The notes below the pieces were generated by a model. That model was not told the origin of the DNA. It did no database searches and saw nothing but the letters and a program-made list of their open reading frames with translations. A DNA stretch of 64,000 bases from the NCBI GenBank assembly GCA_016176295.1, contig JACOXN010000005.1, forward strand, positions 2,156 through 66,155. The letters run 5' to 3'. Numbering within the stretch: position 1 is the stretch's first letter; each line of letters begins with the position of its first letter. The position numbers were made by a program, and so were the translations under genes. Shown here piece by piece: positions 44,301 to 54,188 of the stretch. The DNA comes from Candidatus Giovannonibacteria bacterium. Lineage in GTDB: Bacteria; Patescibacteriota; Minisyncoccia; UBA11713; 2-01-FULL-45-33.

Positions 44301-45003
44301 TCCAGCCGTGATTTCGACCGTTGCCGGAACAGTTTTGGATATAGTTGAGGCTGATGACGAAAGTCGCGACAAGATAGTTAAAGTGCTTCCGGATAAAGAA
44401 GGCGAGAAAACGGTTTCCGAATTCCTGATACCTTTCGGCAAAACTTTGCTAGTTGCCGTTGGAGAAAAAGTTGCAGCCGGAGCTTTGCTTACCGAAGGAG
44501 CGGCGGACGTAAAACCTTTGCTTGGAATAGCGGGAGTGAAAGCGGTGCAGAATTATATTTTGCTTGAAGTACAAAAATTGTACACTTTCCAGGGAGTTAC
44601 CATCAACGACAAACATATTGAAGTGGTTGTTCGTCAGATGTTCTCCAGAGTAAGGGTAAAAGACTCAGGCTCGACAAATCTAACCATGGGGGAAATAGTC
44701 GAAAAAGGAAGGCTTTTGGAAGAGAACGGCAAGGCGAGGAGAGAAGGAAAAACACCGGCTAAAGCGGTCCAGCTCATCATGGGCATCACTAATGTCGCTT
44801 TAACTTCCGATAGTTTTCTTTCGGCGGCATCTTTCATGCAGACCATGCGCGTGCTTACTTCCGCGGCCGTGGAAGGGAAAGAGGACAGGTTGCGCGGCCT
44901 TAAAGAGAATGTCATCATCGGGCGCTTGATACCGGCTGGCACTGGATACCGGAAAGAATATCTCAAAAAAATCGAAGCTCTTGCGGAGCCCGAAGAAGAA
45001 TAG
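41374..45003 (+). CDS. rpoC: DNA-directed RNA polymerase beta' subunit
   Basis: Zn motif [20 protein letters not shown], catalytic [12 protein letters not shown] and the trigger-loop region. Confidence 0.97.
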   Translation: [1209 protein letters not shown]

Positions 45004-45074
45004 CATAACTTATTTGACTTCATCTTTACCTCTGCTAGGCTGATAATAGAGCGTAACTTGATTTGAGGTAACAT

Positions 45075-46772
45075 ATGAAGTTGTCTAGTTTTGCTGTTTT
45101 TGCGGTTATGTTTTGTGTTCTTAGCTATACCGGAATCGCTTATTCGTCTGAAAAACCGGTCGAACTTTCGCTCGACATCGCAAAAGTGCAGTCGCGCCTT
45201 CCGGCTAAAGTTTTCGATGAGATATCCAAAATACCTTCCAAACCCCATTTTTTGCTGGGGCTGGAGCAGAAAACCGATGAATACGAGCAGATGCTTGAGC
45301 ATCGTAAGCTCTGGTCTACGGCTATGGAATTCTACGGCGATAATTACGCCGGAGTTATGGACAAGTCCGCTCCGGATTATCGGCTGGTTGGCAACAGGGC
45401 GCTACAGACCGTGCTTGAGGTTTCGGGAAAGAAAATTTCGATATTTTATACCCACCACATTTTTTCTGTCGACCAAATGTATACTTTTTGGTCGAGGCAA
45501 GGCGAGAAGAATTTGGCAGAATTTTCACCCTTTCACGATAAATTCAAAGCGCAGTGGGGAGTGGGCTCTTTGTCGGATTCCCAATGGGCCGATGTGAAAA
45601 GAGTGCTGGGTTGGGCTCAGTTCGAAGCGGTGAAGGAATACGTTAAATACACCATCGAAACCGCGGCCGCCAAAAACGTCCGAGACTACGCCAAAATTAA
45701 TCTTACTGAAGGCGTTTTACGCGCACGCGAAAAGCTTCTGGATGATCCCGATTACGGCAAAAAGCTCGACCAGCCACTGGCCGGTTCGGCGCAACTCAAA
45801 GTGAGCGATATTCTGCCCGTTCCTTACGCGCGTGCGAAAGATTTTTTGCCCGATGTTTTTATGGTGGGGCCCCACGGTTTCGGCGGAGGATTTGCCAACT
45901 GGAAAACTCCCGGAGCGGAGAGGTACGTGTCCGTGGATCTTTTGGGCATGATGTATGAGTACGTGGCCGGAGGAACATCAATTACTTCCCATGAATTTGT
46001 CCACACGAATCCCTATCTTCAGGGAACGCCCTTGGACATTTACTACGATCTTGAGATGTTCGCCAATTTGACCACAAGCGGTGTGCTAGGTTATCTTTTT
46101 CATCCGTACGATGCCGTGCTTCGTGACGAGGTTGATACATATTGGGGATACGATTTCAAAGAAGCCATCAGAAGAATGCGTCCCGGCGAATTTGGATTAA
46201 TTGATATCAGCCGCGCGGAATACCTGGCGCAGATCAAAACCGTTAAAGCAATAAAGGAAGAGCTCCTGCGATTCATAATGGACCCGAATGACGGATTTCT
46301 GATGCAATTCTATTCAGACCCGTATTTTTGGATCACGGTGAACACGAAATTTTGCGATACGTCCGCGGCTTTCAGAATAATGTTCGCTCTGCGCTATGAG
46401 CCTGCAGGTATTTTTGATCCGAACAAGAAGGATGAAAATGGCAACGTTATCTCTGCGTCTGTTCAGACAAAGCAGTGGCTGGACAAGGAAGAGGACGCGG
46501 GTCGCATTGCTCTTCTCGCCAAAAAAACTCTGGAAAAAACTGGAAGCCCTACAAAGTTTTTCAGTGATCTTTCAAAGGTGGAAGACATCGGCGGCATGTC
46601 CGTATGTCCGGTTAATTCGAGACTTTTCGAAATGAATGAAGCGGAACGGAAGCAATTTATCGCGACCGTGAATCCCGTCATCGAAAGTGCTAAAAGCGGA
46701 GATTGGGAAGCCAAGTTCACCCTGCTTCGAATATTCGGAAGTTCTCACGCGTTATTAAAGAGTGTGCATTGA
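45075..46772 (+). CDS. Secreted hypothetical protein with zincin-like HExxH...E motif
   Basis: Signal peptide MKLSSFAVFAVMFCVLSYTGIAYS. HEFVH at 45990-46004, followed about 20 aa later by DLEMFANL (a possible third ligand). Confidence 0.65.
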   Translation: MKLSSFAVFAVMFCVLSYTGIAYSSEKPVELSLDIAKVQSRLPAKVFDEISKIPSKPHFLLGLEQKTDEYEQMLEHRKLWSTAMEFYGDNYAGVMDKSAPDYRLVGNRALQTVLEVSGKKISIFYTHHIFSVDQMYTFWSRQGEKNLAEFSPFHDKFKAQWGVGSLSDSQWADVKRVLGWAQFEAVKEYVKYTIETAAAKNVRDYAKINLTEGVLRAREKLLDDPDYGKKLDQPLAGSAQLKVSDILPVPYARAKDFLPDVFMVGPHGFGGGFANWKTPGAERYVSVDLLGMMYEYVAGGTSITSHEFVHTNPYLQGTPLDIYYDLEMFANLTTSGVLGYLFHPYDAVLRDEVDTYWGYDFKEAIRRMRPGEFGLIDISRAEYLAQIKTVKAIKEELLRFIMDPNDGFLMQFYSDPYFWITVNTKFCDTSAAFRIMFALRYEPAGIFDPNKKDENGNVISASVQTKQWLDKEEDAGRIALLAKKTLEKTGSPTKFFSDLSKVEDIGGMSVCPVNSRLFEMNEAERKQFIATVNPVIESAKSGDWEAKFTLLRIFGSSHALLKSVH

Positions 46773-46832
46773 CACTCTTTTTTATATTCTTTAAGCTGGA
46801 TATAGGCACGAGTACTTTGAAAGGGCACATTT

Positions 46833-48395
46833 ATGTTTAAAGTATGGGCGTTTTTTTGGCTTGCTATTACTTTGGTTTTTGGCAGCTCCTGCGCGCTTCC
46901 ATTTGTCATCGCGGGGCGTGAGATTGCGACTGATCAGAAAGGCGAATTTAAATACACGAGGCGCCAGGCTAAAGTCGCGGTTGCGAGGGCACAACTTCAT
47001 ATAATCGGCAAATTCGACAAGGAAAAAGGTATGTGGACATTGCACCCCGAATCTATCGGAGTTGAGGATGCCAAAAAAGTGTTGGAAAACCAGGCAAAAT
47101 CGGCCGACGCTCTCCTTAGCTATCGGAATATGCAGGATTCTGATTTTATCGACTGGTTTAAAGGTTTCCGAGAGGGTCTGCTTAAGGAAGAGCAGATAGC
47201 CTTGTGGATCCTGCGGCGTCTCCAATATGTCAGTTCGTACAACCAGTTCGTGGATATGGTAGGCGAAATGCCGCCGGAAATGCGCGGCAAAGAATACGAA
47301 TATTTCTTTGCGTCCGGCAGGAAATCCTACTCGATTCGCATGATCTATCCTCTGGCAGACATCACCAAGATTCCGTTTTCCGCCGCGTATGTGGAAAACG
47401 CGAAACGTGACGGTACACTCAAACTGGTGGATTCATTCACTGTCACGAGCGATCGCAAATTCGGCAAGAAAGAGGTTAATATCCACGACCCGAACGATTT
47501 TTCGTGGAAAGAAGTGCAGAACGGATGGGTTATCAATTCTTACCGCATTCTTCCGGATAAAGAAAAACCACTCGAGAACAATGTGCATTATATTGAAGTG
47601 TTCAGAACTGACGGCAGCCGCGCGCTTGAACCAAAACCCGCTGTTAAAGGTTTTATGGCCTCCGGCGAGTCCAAGGTTTCTGTGTTTGTCATAGATTACG
47701 ACAGGTCAGGAAAGGACGGTTTTGGAAGTCCGGACGAGATTTATAAAATTTTTTCCGGAATTTCGACCGGGTCTGAGATCTACGACCTCACATTTTACCG
47801 TGGAAAAGTCTTGTTGTCTTTGTTTGACCCGCCCAATGCCAGTATGAAACCGGAGCGGCGCAAGCCTCCGGAACGTCCCGTTTACACGGAGATCGTGAAA
47901 ATGGGAGAACTCCAACTGGACATGTGGGAAAAAGGCTCCTGGGCACTGCCGGCTGTCGATTTCCGTTCCTTGAAGGAGAATGTTTCGCTTGTTTTTGACA
48001 AAGCCAAAACTCCCGCGGAAATGCAGCTTGAAAAAGAAGGCTTAAGCCGGGTGAAGAGCATCAAGCAGGAGTACAGCAAGGACAATCAGACGGTCGTCAT
48101 CAAGTACTGGCTCCCGAAGCAGGAGTATGCTGAAAGGAATATCACCTATAATAACAGCGCTTTTGGGGATACTATCCGCTTGCGTAGGCGAGGCGGTCAG
48201 GAGGAAACCGGCGAAGCGGGGTACTTCGGAAAACGAGTAACCGCCATTGATTATTTTTTTGCCGGACGATGGTTCAGGATAGTTGATGAGGACGGGGATG
48301 GCGTTTTCGAAAAGCGGAAGACCATTTCTTCTCCCGTCGAGGTTTCTTTCGAACCTGAGTCCGTCAAATTAAATTTTGACATGTACGATGAATAA
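46833..48395 (+). CDS. Secreted/lipoprotein-like hypothetical protein with DxDxDG-type loops
   Basis: Signal peptide ending LVFGSSC. Acidic loops DYDRSGKDGFGSPDE and DEDGDGVFEKRK. No other motif. Confidence 0.65.
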   Translation: MFKVWAFFWLAITLVFGSSCALPFVIAGREIATDQKGEFKYTRRQAKVAVARAQLHIIGKFDKEKGMWTLHPESIGVEDAKKVLENQAKSADALLSYRNMQDSDFIDWFKGFREGLLKEEQIALWILRRLQYVSSYNQFVDMVGEMPPEMRGKEYEYFFASGRKSYSIRMIYPLADITKIPFSAAYVENAKRDGTLKLVDSFTVTSDRKFGKKEVNIHDPNDFSWKEVQNGWVINSYRILPDKEKPLENNVHYIEVFRTDGSRALEPKPAVKGFMASGESKVSVFVIDYDRSGKDGFGSPDEIYKIFSGISTGSEIYDLTFYRGKVLLSLFDPPNASMKPERRKPPERPVYTEIVKMGELQLDMWEKGSWALPAVDFRSLKENVSLVFDKAKTPAEMQLEKEGLSRVKSIKQEYSKDNQTVVIKYWLPKQEYAERNITYNNSAFGDTIRLRRRGGQEETGEAGYFGKRVTAIDYFFAGRWFRIVDEDGDGVFEKRKTISSPVEVSFEPESVKLNFDMYDE

Positions 48396-48478
48396 AAAGG
48401 GAACACCAGTTCCCCTTTTTTATTTTTTCTCCCCCTGTGTTATGCTGATTTCAGCGTATTTTGAAATAGGGTTGCGTT

Positions 48479-49267
48479 ATGAAGCTTTTATTTTTGCTTC
48501 TTATAAGTGTTTTGTTGGCGGTTTTTGCCGCGCATGCGTTCGCAGGAAAGCGCGAAGACGGCATGAAGCAGGTCGACCGCGCCCTGGTAGAAGTGAAATC
48601 CACCTGCCTCTATACGGTAAAGTCGGTCGGCGAGGAAGGATCGGTTGTCCTCTATTCCGAAATAGCCACAAAATTAGGAATGGGATTTTTCACGGATTAT
48701 GCGATAAACGCCCCCGGTGAAGACAGCTATACCTTGTTTTCTTCCGCTCATATTTTTGTTTGTGACCGTGAATATTTTTCACAGATATTGTTGGAAAACC
48801 AATTTACCGAGGGGGCCATCCAGCTTGAAAATAAACTGGAAAAGGTCGAGATAAAATACGGCGCGGTCTGGTACGAAGCCGTTGTTAGTAAATTTGACTC
48901 TGAAAAAGAATTTGCCTGTCTTTCCATGGCTCTTCCCTCCGGCATCAAGCCTTATTCTCTGCCTCTTCTTCCTCAGAACAACGGATTATATGCCGTTGAC
49001 ACCGAAGTGAGGGCCAGAGGTAAAATGAGTTTCAAAGAAAACGGCTTGATGCGTCTTGTAAAAGGGCCCATCGAACATTTTCAGGATAATTTTTTCCGCT
49101 TTGCGGCCCCCGGTTACCACGGAATGTCGGGATCTCCGGTGGTTCTCTGGCGTAAAGACAAATATTATGTCATCGGTATCGTGGCCCGGAAATTCCAAAA
49201 AGATGATGAAACCATTAATACGACTCTTGTCACTGATCTGGATTTTTTAAATAAACTCCCAAAATAA
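48479..49267 (+). CDS. Secreted trypsin-like (S1/Trypsin_2-type) serine peptidase candidate
   Basis: Signal peptide MKLLFLLLISVLLAVFAAHAFA. His block FSSAHIFV. Ser block GYHGMSGSPVV (49121-49138). Confidence 0.65.
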   Translation: MKLLFLLLISVLLAVFAAHAFAGKREDGMKQVDRALVEVKSTCLYTVKSVGEEGSVVLYSEIATKLGMGFFTDYAINAPGEDSYTLFSSAHIFVCDREYFSQILLENQFTEGAIQLENKLEKVEIKYGAVWYEAVVSKFDSEKEFACLSMALPSGIKPYSLPLLPQNNGLYAVDTEVRARGKMSFKENGLMRLVKGPIEHFQDNFFRFAAPGYHGMSGSPVVLWRKDKYYVIGIVARKFQKDDETINTTLVTDLDFLNKLPK

Positions 49268-49339
49268 TCCCTTAACGGGGTTTTTTCTTTACACGCCTAA
49301 ATTTTGTGTAACCTGAAAATTATGATAAAATACGTTTAA

Positions 49340-51523
49340 ATGTCTCGAAAGAAAAAACAGAAAGAATCATGGTCGAGGGACCTCTCTGACGAAACCAAAC
49401 ACTCCATTTGGGCGATATTAGCTTTTGTGGTTTCTTTGATATTGGCACTGGCCTATTTCGGGAAAGCGGGTCTAGTGGGGGACTCAATTCAGCGAGCTCT
49501 TGAGTACGTTTTTGGCAAAGGTTTTTTTCTGGTTCCACTAATCTTTTTTTTGGGTGGGCTTTCTTTTTTGGTCTCTTCGGGGGCGCATCTTGTGGCCACC
49601 ACTATTTTCGGCGGCCTTTTTTTTCTTTTGGGGTCGCTCGGGTTCGTGGACGTGCTTTTCGGTTCGTACACCGCCGGACGGGCGGGTTTTTTGATGTCCT
49701 ACCCTTTTATGAAGCTTTTTGATTTTTGGCCCAGTGTCATCGTTTTTTCGGCCCTTATTGTAGTGTCGCTCCTGATAATGCTCAATGCTTCTCTTAAATT
49801 TAAACGGTCCGAAAAGGAAGAAAAACTTAAGATAAATGAAAAGCTTGGCGCGCAGTCGCCACGGGAAAATGAGGAGAATAAGGAAGAGGAAGATGAAGAG
49901 AACGAAGAAGAAAAAGATGATGAGGAAGAAAAACCGGAAAAGATGCCGGCGCTGATGCCTAAGCTGCCTTTCGGCTCGAAAAAACAAGCGCCGAAACTTC
50001 CCAAGCCGGTCTTTGCCAACTATACTCCGCCGCCTCTTGATCTTCTGGAAGACGACCGCGGCAAGCCCTCCTCCGGCGACATCAAAGCCAATGCTAATAT
50101 TATCAAGCGTACGCTCGGCAATTTCGGGATTGATGTCGAGATGGCCGAAGTGAATGTGGGGCCTTCCGTGACGCAGTATACTTTGCGGCCGGCTGAGGGC
50201 ATCAAGCTCTCAAGAATTCTCGCGCTGCAGAATGACCTTGCTCTCGCATTGGCGGCACATCCGTTGCGTATTGAAGCACCAATACCGGGGAAATCGTTGG
50301 TGGGTATCGAGATACCGAACCGGTCCATAGCGCTCGTGGGTTTGAGGTCGCTTTTATCTTCCGAGGACTTCGCGCATGCGCCTCCGCTCACCTTTACTTT
50401 AGGAAAGGACGTCGCCGGAAAGTCGGCTTTCACGGACCTTGCGAAAATGCCCCATCTTTTGATAGCTGGAGCCACGGGGTCCGGAAAATCTATCGCCATG
50501 CATGTTATCATTACGAGCTTTCTTTTTAAAAACTCTCCGGAGTTTTTAAGATTTCTGATAATAGACCCCAAACGCGTGGAGCTCACGGTTTATAACGACA
50601 TCCCGCATTTATTGACGCCGGTCATTATCGACGCGAAAAAGACCGTGCACGCATTGAACTGGGCCGTAAAAGAGATGGAAAGAAGATATATCAAACTTTC
50701 CGAGTTGGGGACGCGTGATATAGGCTCTTACAATACCGAGGTTGCAGAGCGCAAAGATGAGGAATTGAGCCCCTTGCCAAACATTGTGATCGTTATAGAC
50801 GAGCTGGCCGACCTTATTGCGTCGTACCCCAGGGAAATAGAAAGCTCGATAGTGAGACTTGCCCAGATGTCGCGCGCGGTCGGAATTCATTTAATCGTCG
50901 CTACGCAAAGGCCGTCGGTCGAGGTTATCACAGGTTTGATAAAAGCGAACATAACCGCAAGAATGGCTCTTCAAGTCGCATCACTGGTTGATTCACGCAC
51001 TATATTGGATATGTCGGGAGCGGAGAAACTTCTCGGCAACGGAGACATGCTTTATGTGGCCGGAGATACTTCGAAACCCAGGCGTGTGCAGGGCGCCTTT
51101 ATAACAGAAAAAGAAATAAAGAGAATAGTTTCTCATGTGTCGCACCAGGCGGAAGGCGTGACGCTCGAATCCATTGATCTTGCAGCCCAGAAGAATTCCG
51201 GCGGGGGAGACGACGGAGAGGAGGTTGATGATGACCTTTACGAAGAGGCCAAGGAATTGGTCATGGAGACGCAGAAAGCCTCGGCTTCTTATTTGCAGAG
51301 GCGTTTAAGAGTAGGATACGCGAGAGCCGCCAGGCTTCTGGACATTTTGGAAGAGAATGGAATTATCGGCCCGGGAAGTGGCGCAAAACCGCGCGAAGTT
51401 TATGCTCGGCCGGATCCCACCAAGGAGAAATTCGCCACAATCGCAAAAGAGAACGAGTTGAATAGCAATAACGATGACGACGAGGACGATGACACAAAAA
51501 CCCCTTACACCAATTTCGGTTAA
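49340..51523 (+). CDS. ftsK: DNA translocase FtsK/SpoIIIE
   Basis: N-terminal TM segments and an acidic/Lys-rich linker. Walker A IAGATGSGKS. Gamma-domain wHTH ASASYLQRRLRVGYARAARLLDILEENGIIG. Confidence 0.93.
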   Translation: MSRKKKQKESWSRDLSDETKHSIWAILAFVVSLILALAYFGKAGLVGDSIQRALEYVFGKGFFLVPLIFFLGGLSFLVSSGAHLVATTIFGGLFFLLGSLGFVDVLFGSYTAGRAGFLMSYPFMKLFDFWPSVIVFSALIVVSLLIMLNASLKFKRSEKEEKLKINEKLGAQSPRENEENKEEEDEENEEEKDDEEEKPEKMPALMPKLPFGSKKQAPKLPKPVFANYTPPPLDLLEDDRGKPSSGDIKANANIIKRTLGNFGIDVEMAEVNVGPSVTQYTLRPAEGIKLSRILALQNDLALALAAHPLRIEAPIPGKSLVGIEIPNRSIALVGLRSLLSSEDFAHAPPLTFTLGKDVAGKSAFTDLAKMPHLLIAGATGSGKSIAMHVIITSFLFKNSPEFLRFLIIDPKRVELTVYNDIPHLLTPVIIDAKKTVHALNWAVKEMERRYIKLSELGTRDIGSYNTEVAERKDEELSPLPNIVIVIDELADLIASYPREIESSIVRLAQMSRAVGIHLIVATQRPSVEVITGLIKANITARMALQVASLVDSRTILDMSGAEKLLGNGDMLYVAGDTSKPRRVQGAFITEKEIKRIVSHVSHQAEGVTLESIDLAAQKNSGGGDDGEEVDDDLYEEAKELVMETQKASASYLQRRLRVGYARAARLLDILEENGIIGPGSGAKPREVYARPDPTKEKFATIAKENELNSNNDDDEDDDTKTPYTNFG

Positions 51524-51527
51524 TTTT

Positions 51528-51878
51528 ATGATAAAACGTGTATCGGCAGTGACGCTTCGCAATTGGATATTTATCGGACTTTTTGTAATTGCTGCGGCGT
51601 ATTTCTCGTATCAAGCGGGAGATGTGCTTTTTTCTCCGGCTCTCGTCATATTTGAGCCGCAAAACGGCGTATTATTCAACAGGACCGAGATAGAAGTGGC
51701 GGGACGCACTGACCCCGGGCTTGAGGTACGGGTAATGGGCAAAGAAATGAAAGCGGATGAGAACGGCAATTTTAAAGTGATTGTATTTTTATCTCCAGGT
51801 TACAACGCCATCGGAGTCTCGGTTAAAGACCATTTTGATAACGAAACCAGGAAAGTGCTGAAAGTGGTAGTGAAATGA
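51528..51878 (+). CDS. Membrane-anchored hypothetical protein with Ig-like beta domain
   Basis: Start MIKRVSAVTL at 51528, just after the ftsK stop. One TM segment, then EIEVAGRTDPGLEVRVMGKEMKADENGNFKVIV. Confidence 0.6.
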   Translation: MIKRVSAVTLRNWIFIGLFVIAAAYFSYQAGDVLFSPALVIFEPQNGVLFNRTEIEVAGRTDPGLEVRVMGKEMKADENGNFKVIVFLSPGYNAIGVSVKDHFDNETRKVLKVVVK

Positions 51879-51931
51879 TTTTAATATGTGTCAAGCTTCC
51901 ATTTTAATAAATAAGGAATTAATATAAATTC

Positions 51932-52984
51932 ATGGCAAAACAAAAAGAAGTCAGCCCGAGGCTGACCAGCCCTGGGCTGGAAAAAATGACAAAAGAAAAT
52001 CGTTGGAAAGAAGTCGATGCGGCGGTAAAAGACATTCAGTCGCGTTTCGGCGAAGGTATTCTGATGAAAATGGGTGAGATGCCCAAAGTAGACGTGGATG
52101 TAATACCCACGGGTTCACTGGGTCTTAACATGGCGCTGGGCGTAGGCGGTGTTCCCCGCGGAAGAATAATCGAAATTTACGGTCCTGAATCTTCGGGAAA
52201 AACCACGTTGGCGCTCCACATTGTTTCCGAAGCGCAGAAGAAAGGCGGTATTTGCGCTTTCGTTGACGCGGAGCATGCGCTGGACCCGGAGTACGGCAGG
52301 CGCCTCGGAGTAAAGATCGATGATCTGTTGATCTCGCAGCCCGATACCGGAGAACAGGCATTGGATGTAGTGGAATCACTGGTGCGGTCCGGACGGATAG
52401 ATGTTATCGTTGTGGATTCGGTTGCGGCTCTCACCCCCAAAGCTGAAATAGAGGGCGATATGGGCCAGCAGCACATGGGGCTGCAAGCGCGCCTTATGTC
52501 CCACGCATTGCGGAAACTGACGGCCATAGTCGCCAAATCAAAAACAGTGGTCATATTCATAAACCAGGTGAGGATGCAGATCGGAATAATGTTCGGAAAC
52601 CCCGAGACGACCACAGGAGGAAAAGCGCTTAAATTTTATTCTTCCGTGAGGATAGAGGTGCGCCGCGCGGCACAGATAAAAAAAGGCGAAGAAATAATCG
52701 GGAATCGCGTAAAAGCCAAAGTGGTAAAAAATAAAGTTGCCCCGCCTTTCCGGGCGACAGAGTTCGATATTCTTTACAATCAGGGAATTTCCTACGAAGG
52801 TGAACTTCTGGGGCTGGGAGAAAAGTACGAAGTAATCAAAAAATCAGGCGCCTCATATGCTTTTGGCAGCGTATCACTGGGGAGGGGTTATGACTCCGCG
52901 AGGGCCAAGCTTCAGGAAGACAAAAAATTAGCGCACGAATTGGAAGCTGCCATCAGAGAGGCGGCTAACAAAGCAACGGAGTAA
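51932..52984 (+). CDS. recA: Recombinase RecA
   Basis: [15 protein letters not shown] Walker [10 protein letters not shown] and the L2 region [21 protein letters not shown]. Confidence 0.97.
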   Translation: MAKQKEVSPRLTSPGLEKMTKENRWKEVDAAVKDIQSRFGEGILMKMGEMPKVDVDVIPTGSLGLNMALGVGGVPRGRIIEIYGPESSGKTTLALHIVSEAQKKGGICAFVDAEHALDPEYGRRLGVKIDDLLISQPDTGEQALDVVESLVRSGRIDVIVVDSVAALTPKAEIEGDMGQQHMGLQARLMSHALRKLTAIVAKSKTVVIFINQVRMQIGIMFGNPETTTGGKALKFYSSVRIEVRRAAQIKKGEEIIGNRVKAKVVKNKVAPPFRATEFDILYNQGISYEGELLGLGEKYEVIKKSGASYAFGSVSLGRGYDSARAKLQEDKKLAHELEAAIREAANKATE

Positions 52985-52989
52985 ATAAC

Positions 52990-53199
52990 TTATCTCGTGG
53001 TGTAAGGGGCGAGACCCAGAAACCGGGCGCGTTTTATCGCTTCCGCGAGTTTTCTTTGGTGCAAAGCGCAAACGCCCGAGCGGCGTTTTTTCACAATCTG
53101 CGCCTGGGGTGTCATGAACTTGCGGATAACTTCCTGCGATTTGTAATCTATCGCCTTAATGTTAGCCGCGCAAAAGTAGCATTGTTTTGATAGTTCCAT
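52990..53199 (-). CDS. rpsR: 30S ribosomal protein S18
   Basis: CYFCAANIKAIDYKSQEVIRKFMTPQAQIVKKRRSGVCALHQRKLAEAIKRARFLGL. Confidence 0.93.
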   Translation of the reverse strand: MELSKQCYFCAANIKAIDYKSQEVIRKFMTPQAQIVKKRRSGVCALHQRKLAEAIKRARFLGLAPYTTR

Positions 53200-53204
53200 A
53201 TGTT

Positions 53205-53657
53205 TTAAAAAGGTATATCTTCTGGTTTAATTTCGTCTTCGGGGTATTCGACCGTAGCTATTTCCTCCTCCGCCTGGCTGCCAGCGGTGCTCCCGGCGTG
53301 TTCGGGCGGTTTGTAATTTCCGGCGCCTGAGTTTCTGGGGCCCATCTGCATTTTTTCTCCAACTATTTCAGTTTTATATTTCTTGACCCCATCTTGCCCC
53401 TGCCATGAACGGGTTTGTATCCTTCCCTCAACCATTACGAGAGAACCTTTTTGCAGGTATTGTTTGGTGATTTCCGCCAATTTTCCGAACATTACTACAT
53501 TGTGAAATTCCGTTTGTTTTTGCTGCGAGCCGTCGTTTCCTTTCCACATGCGGTTCGTTGCCATCCCAAAATTAACTACCGGCTGGCCCGAGGGGAGGGA
53601 ACGCAGCTCCGGGTCGCGTGTCATGTTGCCGATAAGGATAACTTTATTCAGATTCAT
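53205..53657 (-). CDS. ssb: Single-stranded DNA-binding protein
   Basis: MNLNKVILIGNMTRDPELR OB-fold start and an acidic C-terminal tip EDIPF. Confidence 0.93.
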   Translation of the reverse strand: MNLNKVILIGNMTRDPELRSLPSGQPVVNFGMATNRMWKGNDGSQQKQTEFHNVVMFGKLAEITKQYLQKGSLVMVEGRIQTRSWQGQDGVKKYKTEIVGEKMQMGPRNSGAGNYKPPEHAGSTAGSQAEEEIATVEYPEDEIKPEDIPF

Positions 53658-53658
53658 G

Positions 53659-54180
53659 TTATTTACCTAGTATTTCTTCTAATTTTTTATCAATTTCGGC
53701 CATATCCGCATTTGAAGTTTCCGTCTGTTTTTCGGCTTTGGTTTCCGTTTCAGGTTCGACGTCCGAAAGCGGAGTTTCAGCTTTTATTGTTCTAGTCCGC
53801 AAATTTTTGGGGGGCGTGCGCTTGGTTTCCACAATAAGCGAACGAAGCACTTTTTGTTCAGCTTCTATTTTTGTTCTGAATTCAGCTATCTTTTCTGGGT
53901 TCAGAGCAAATTTAAAATGAGCAAGATAAGCTTCCCTTACTTTCTTTATTTCGAAGCTCAGGCGGCGTTTGAAAAGGCCGCCTTCTTCTTCAATAAGACT
54001 GCCTAATTCCTGAGCCATATTTTTTACGGTTTGCTGGACGTTCTGAGCCTCCTCCAAAGACAAAATCGGACTTATTAAATAGGCCACTTCATAAATTTTA
54101 TTTTGTCCCAGGTTTTGCCGGGATGTTTCTGCCGTTGGTTCCATTGGGCTCATGGTAGCATAAGCCCTTTTCGGCTTCAA
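53659..54180 (-). CDS. rpsF: 30S ribosomal protein S6 with C-terminal extension
   Basis: YEVAYLISPILSLEEAQNVQQTV core. The exact start is uncertain, with candidate Met residues at 54180, 54153 and 54144. Confidence 0.85.
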   Translation of the reverse strand: MKPKRAYATMSPMEPTAETSRQNLGQNKIYEVAYLISPILSLEEAQNVQQTVKNMAQELGSLIEEEGGLFKRRLSFEIKKVREAYLAHFKFALNPEKIAEFRTKIEAEQKVLRSLIVETKRTPPKNLRTRTIKAETPLSDVEPETETKAEKQTETSNADMAEIDKKLEEILGK

Positions 54181-54188
54181 GAGCCCAT

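Noticed and set aside
41556-45302. Long antisense ORFs inside or across rpoC (41556..42218, 43740..44090, 44634..45302), and similar ones in rpoB, ftsK, the O-antigen-ligase-like gene (15173..15925) and pepN
   Set aside because: These are shadow ORFs opposite or out of frame to strongly conserved genes. Their compositionally odd translations (Arg/Ser/Pro-rich) are typical of non-coding frames.
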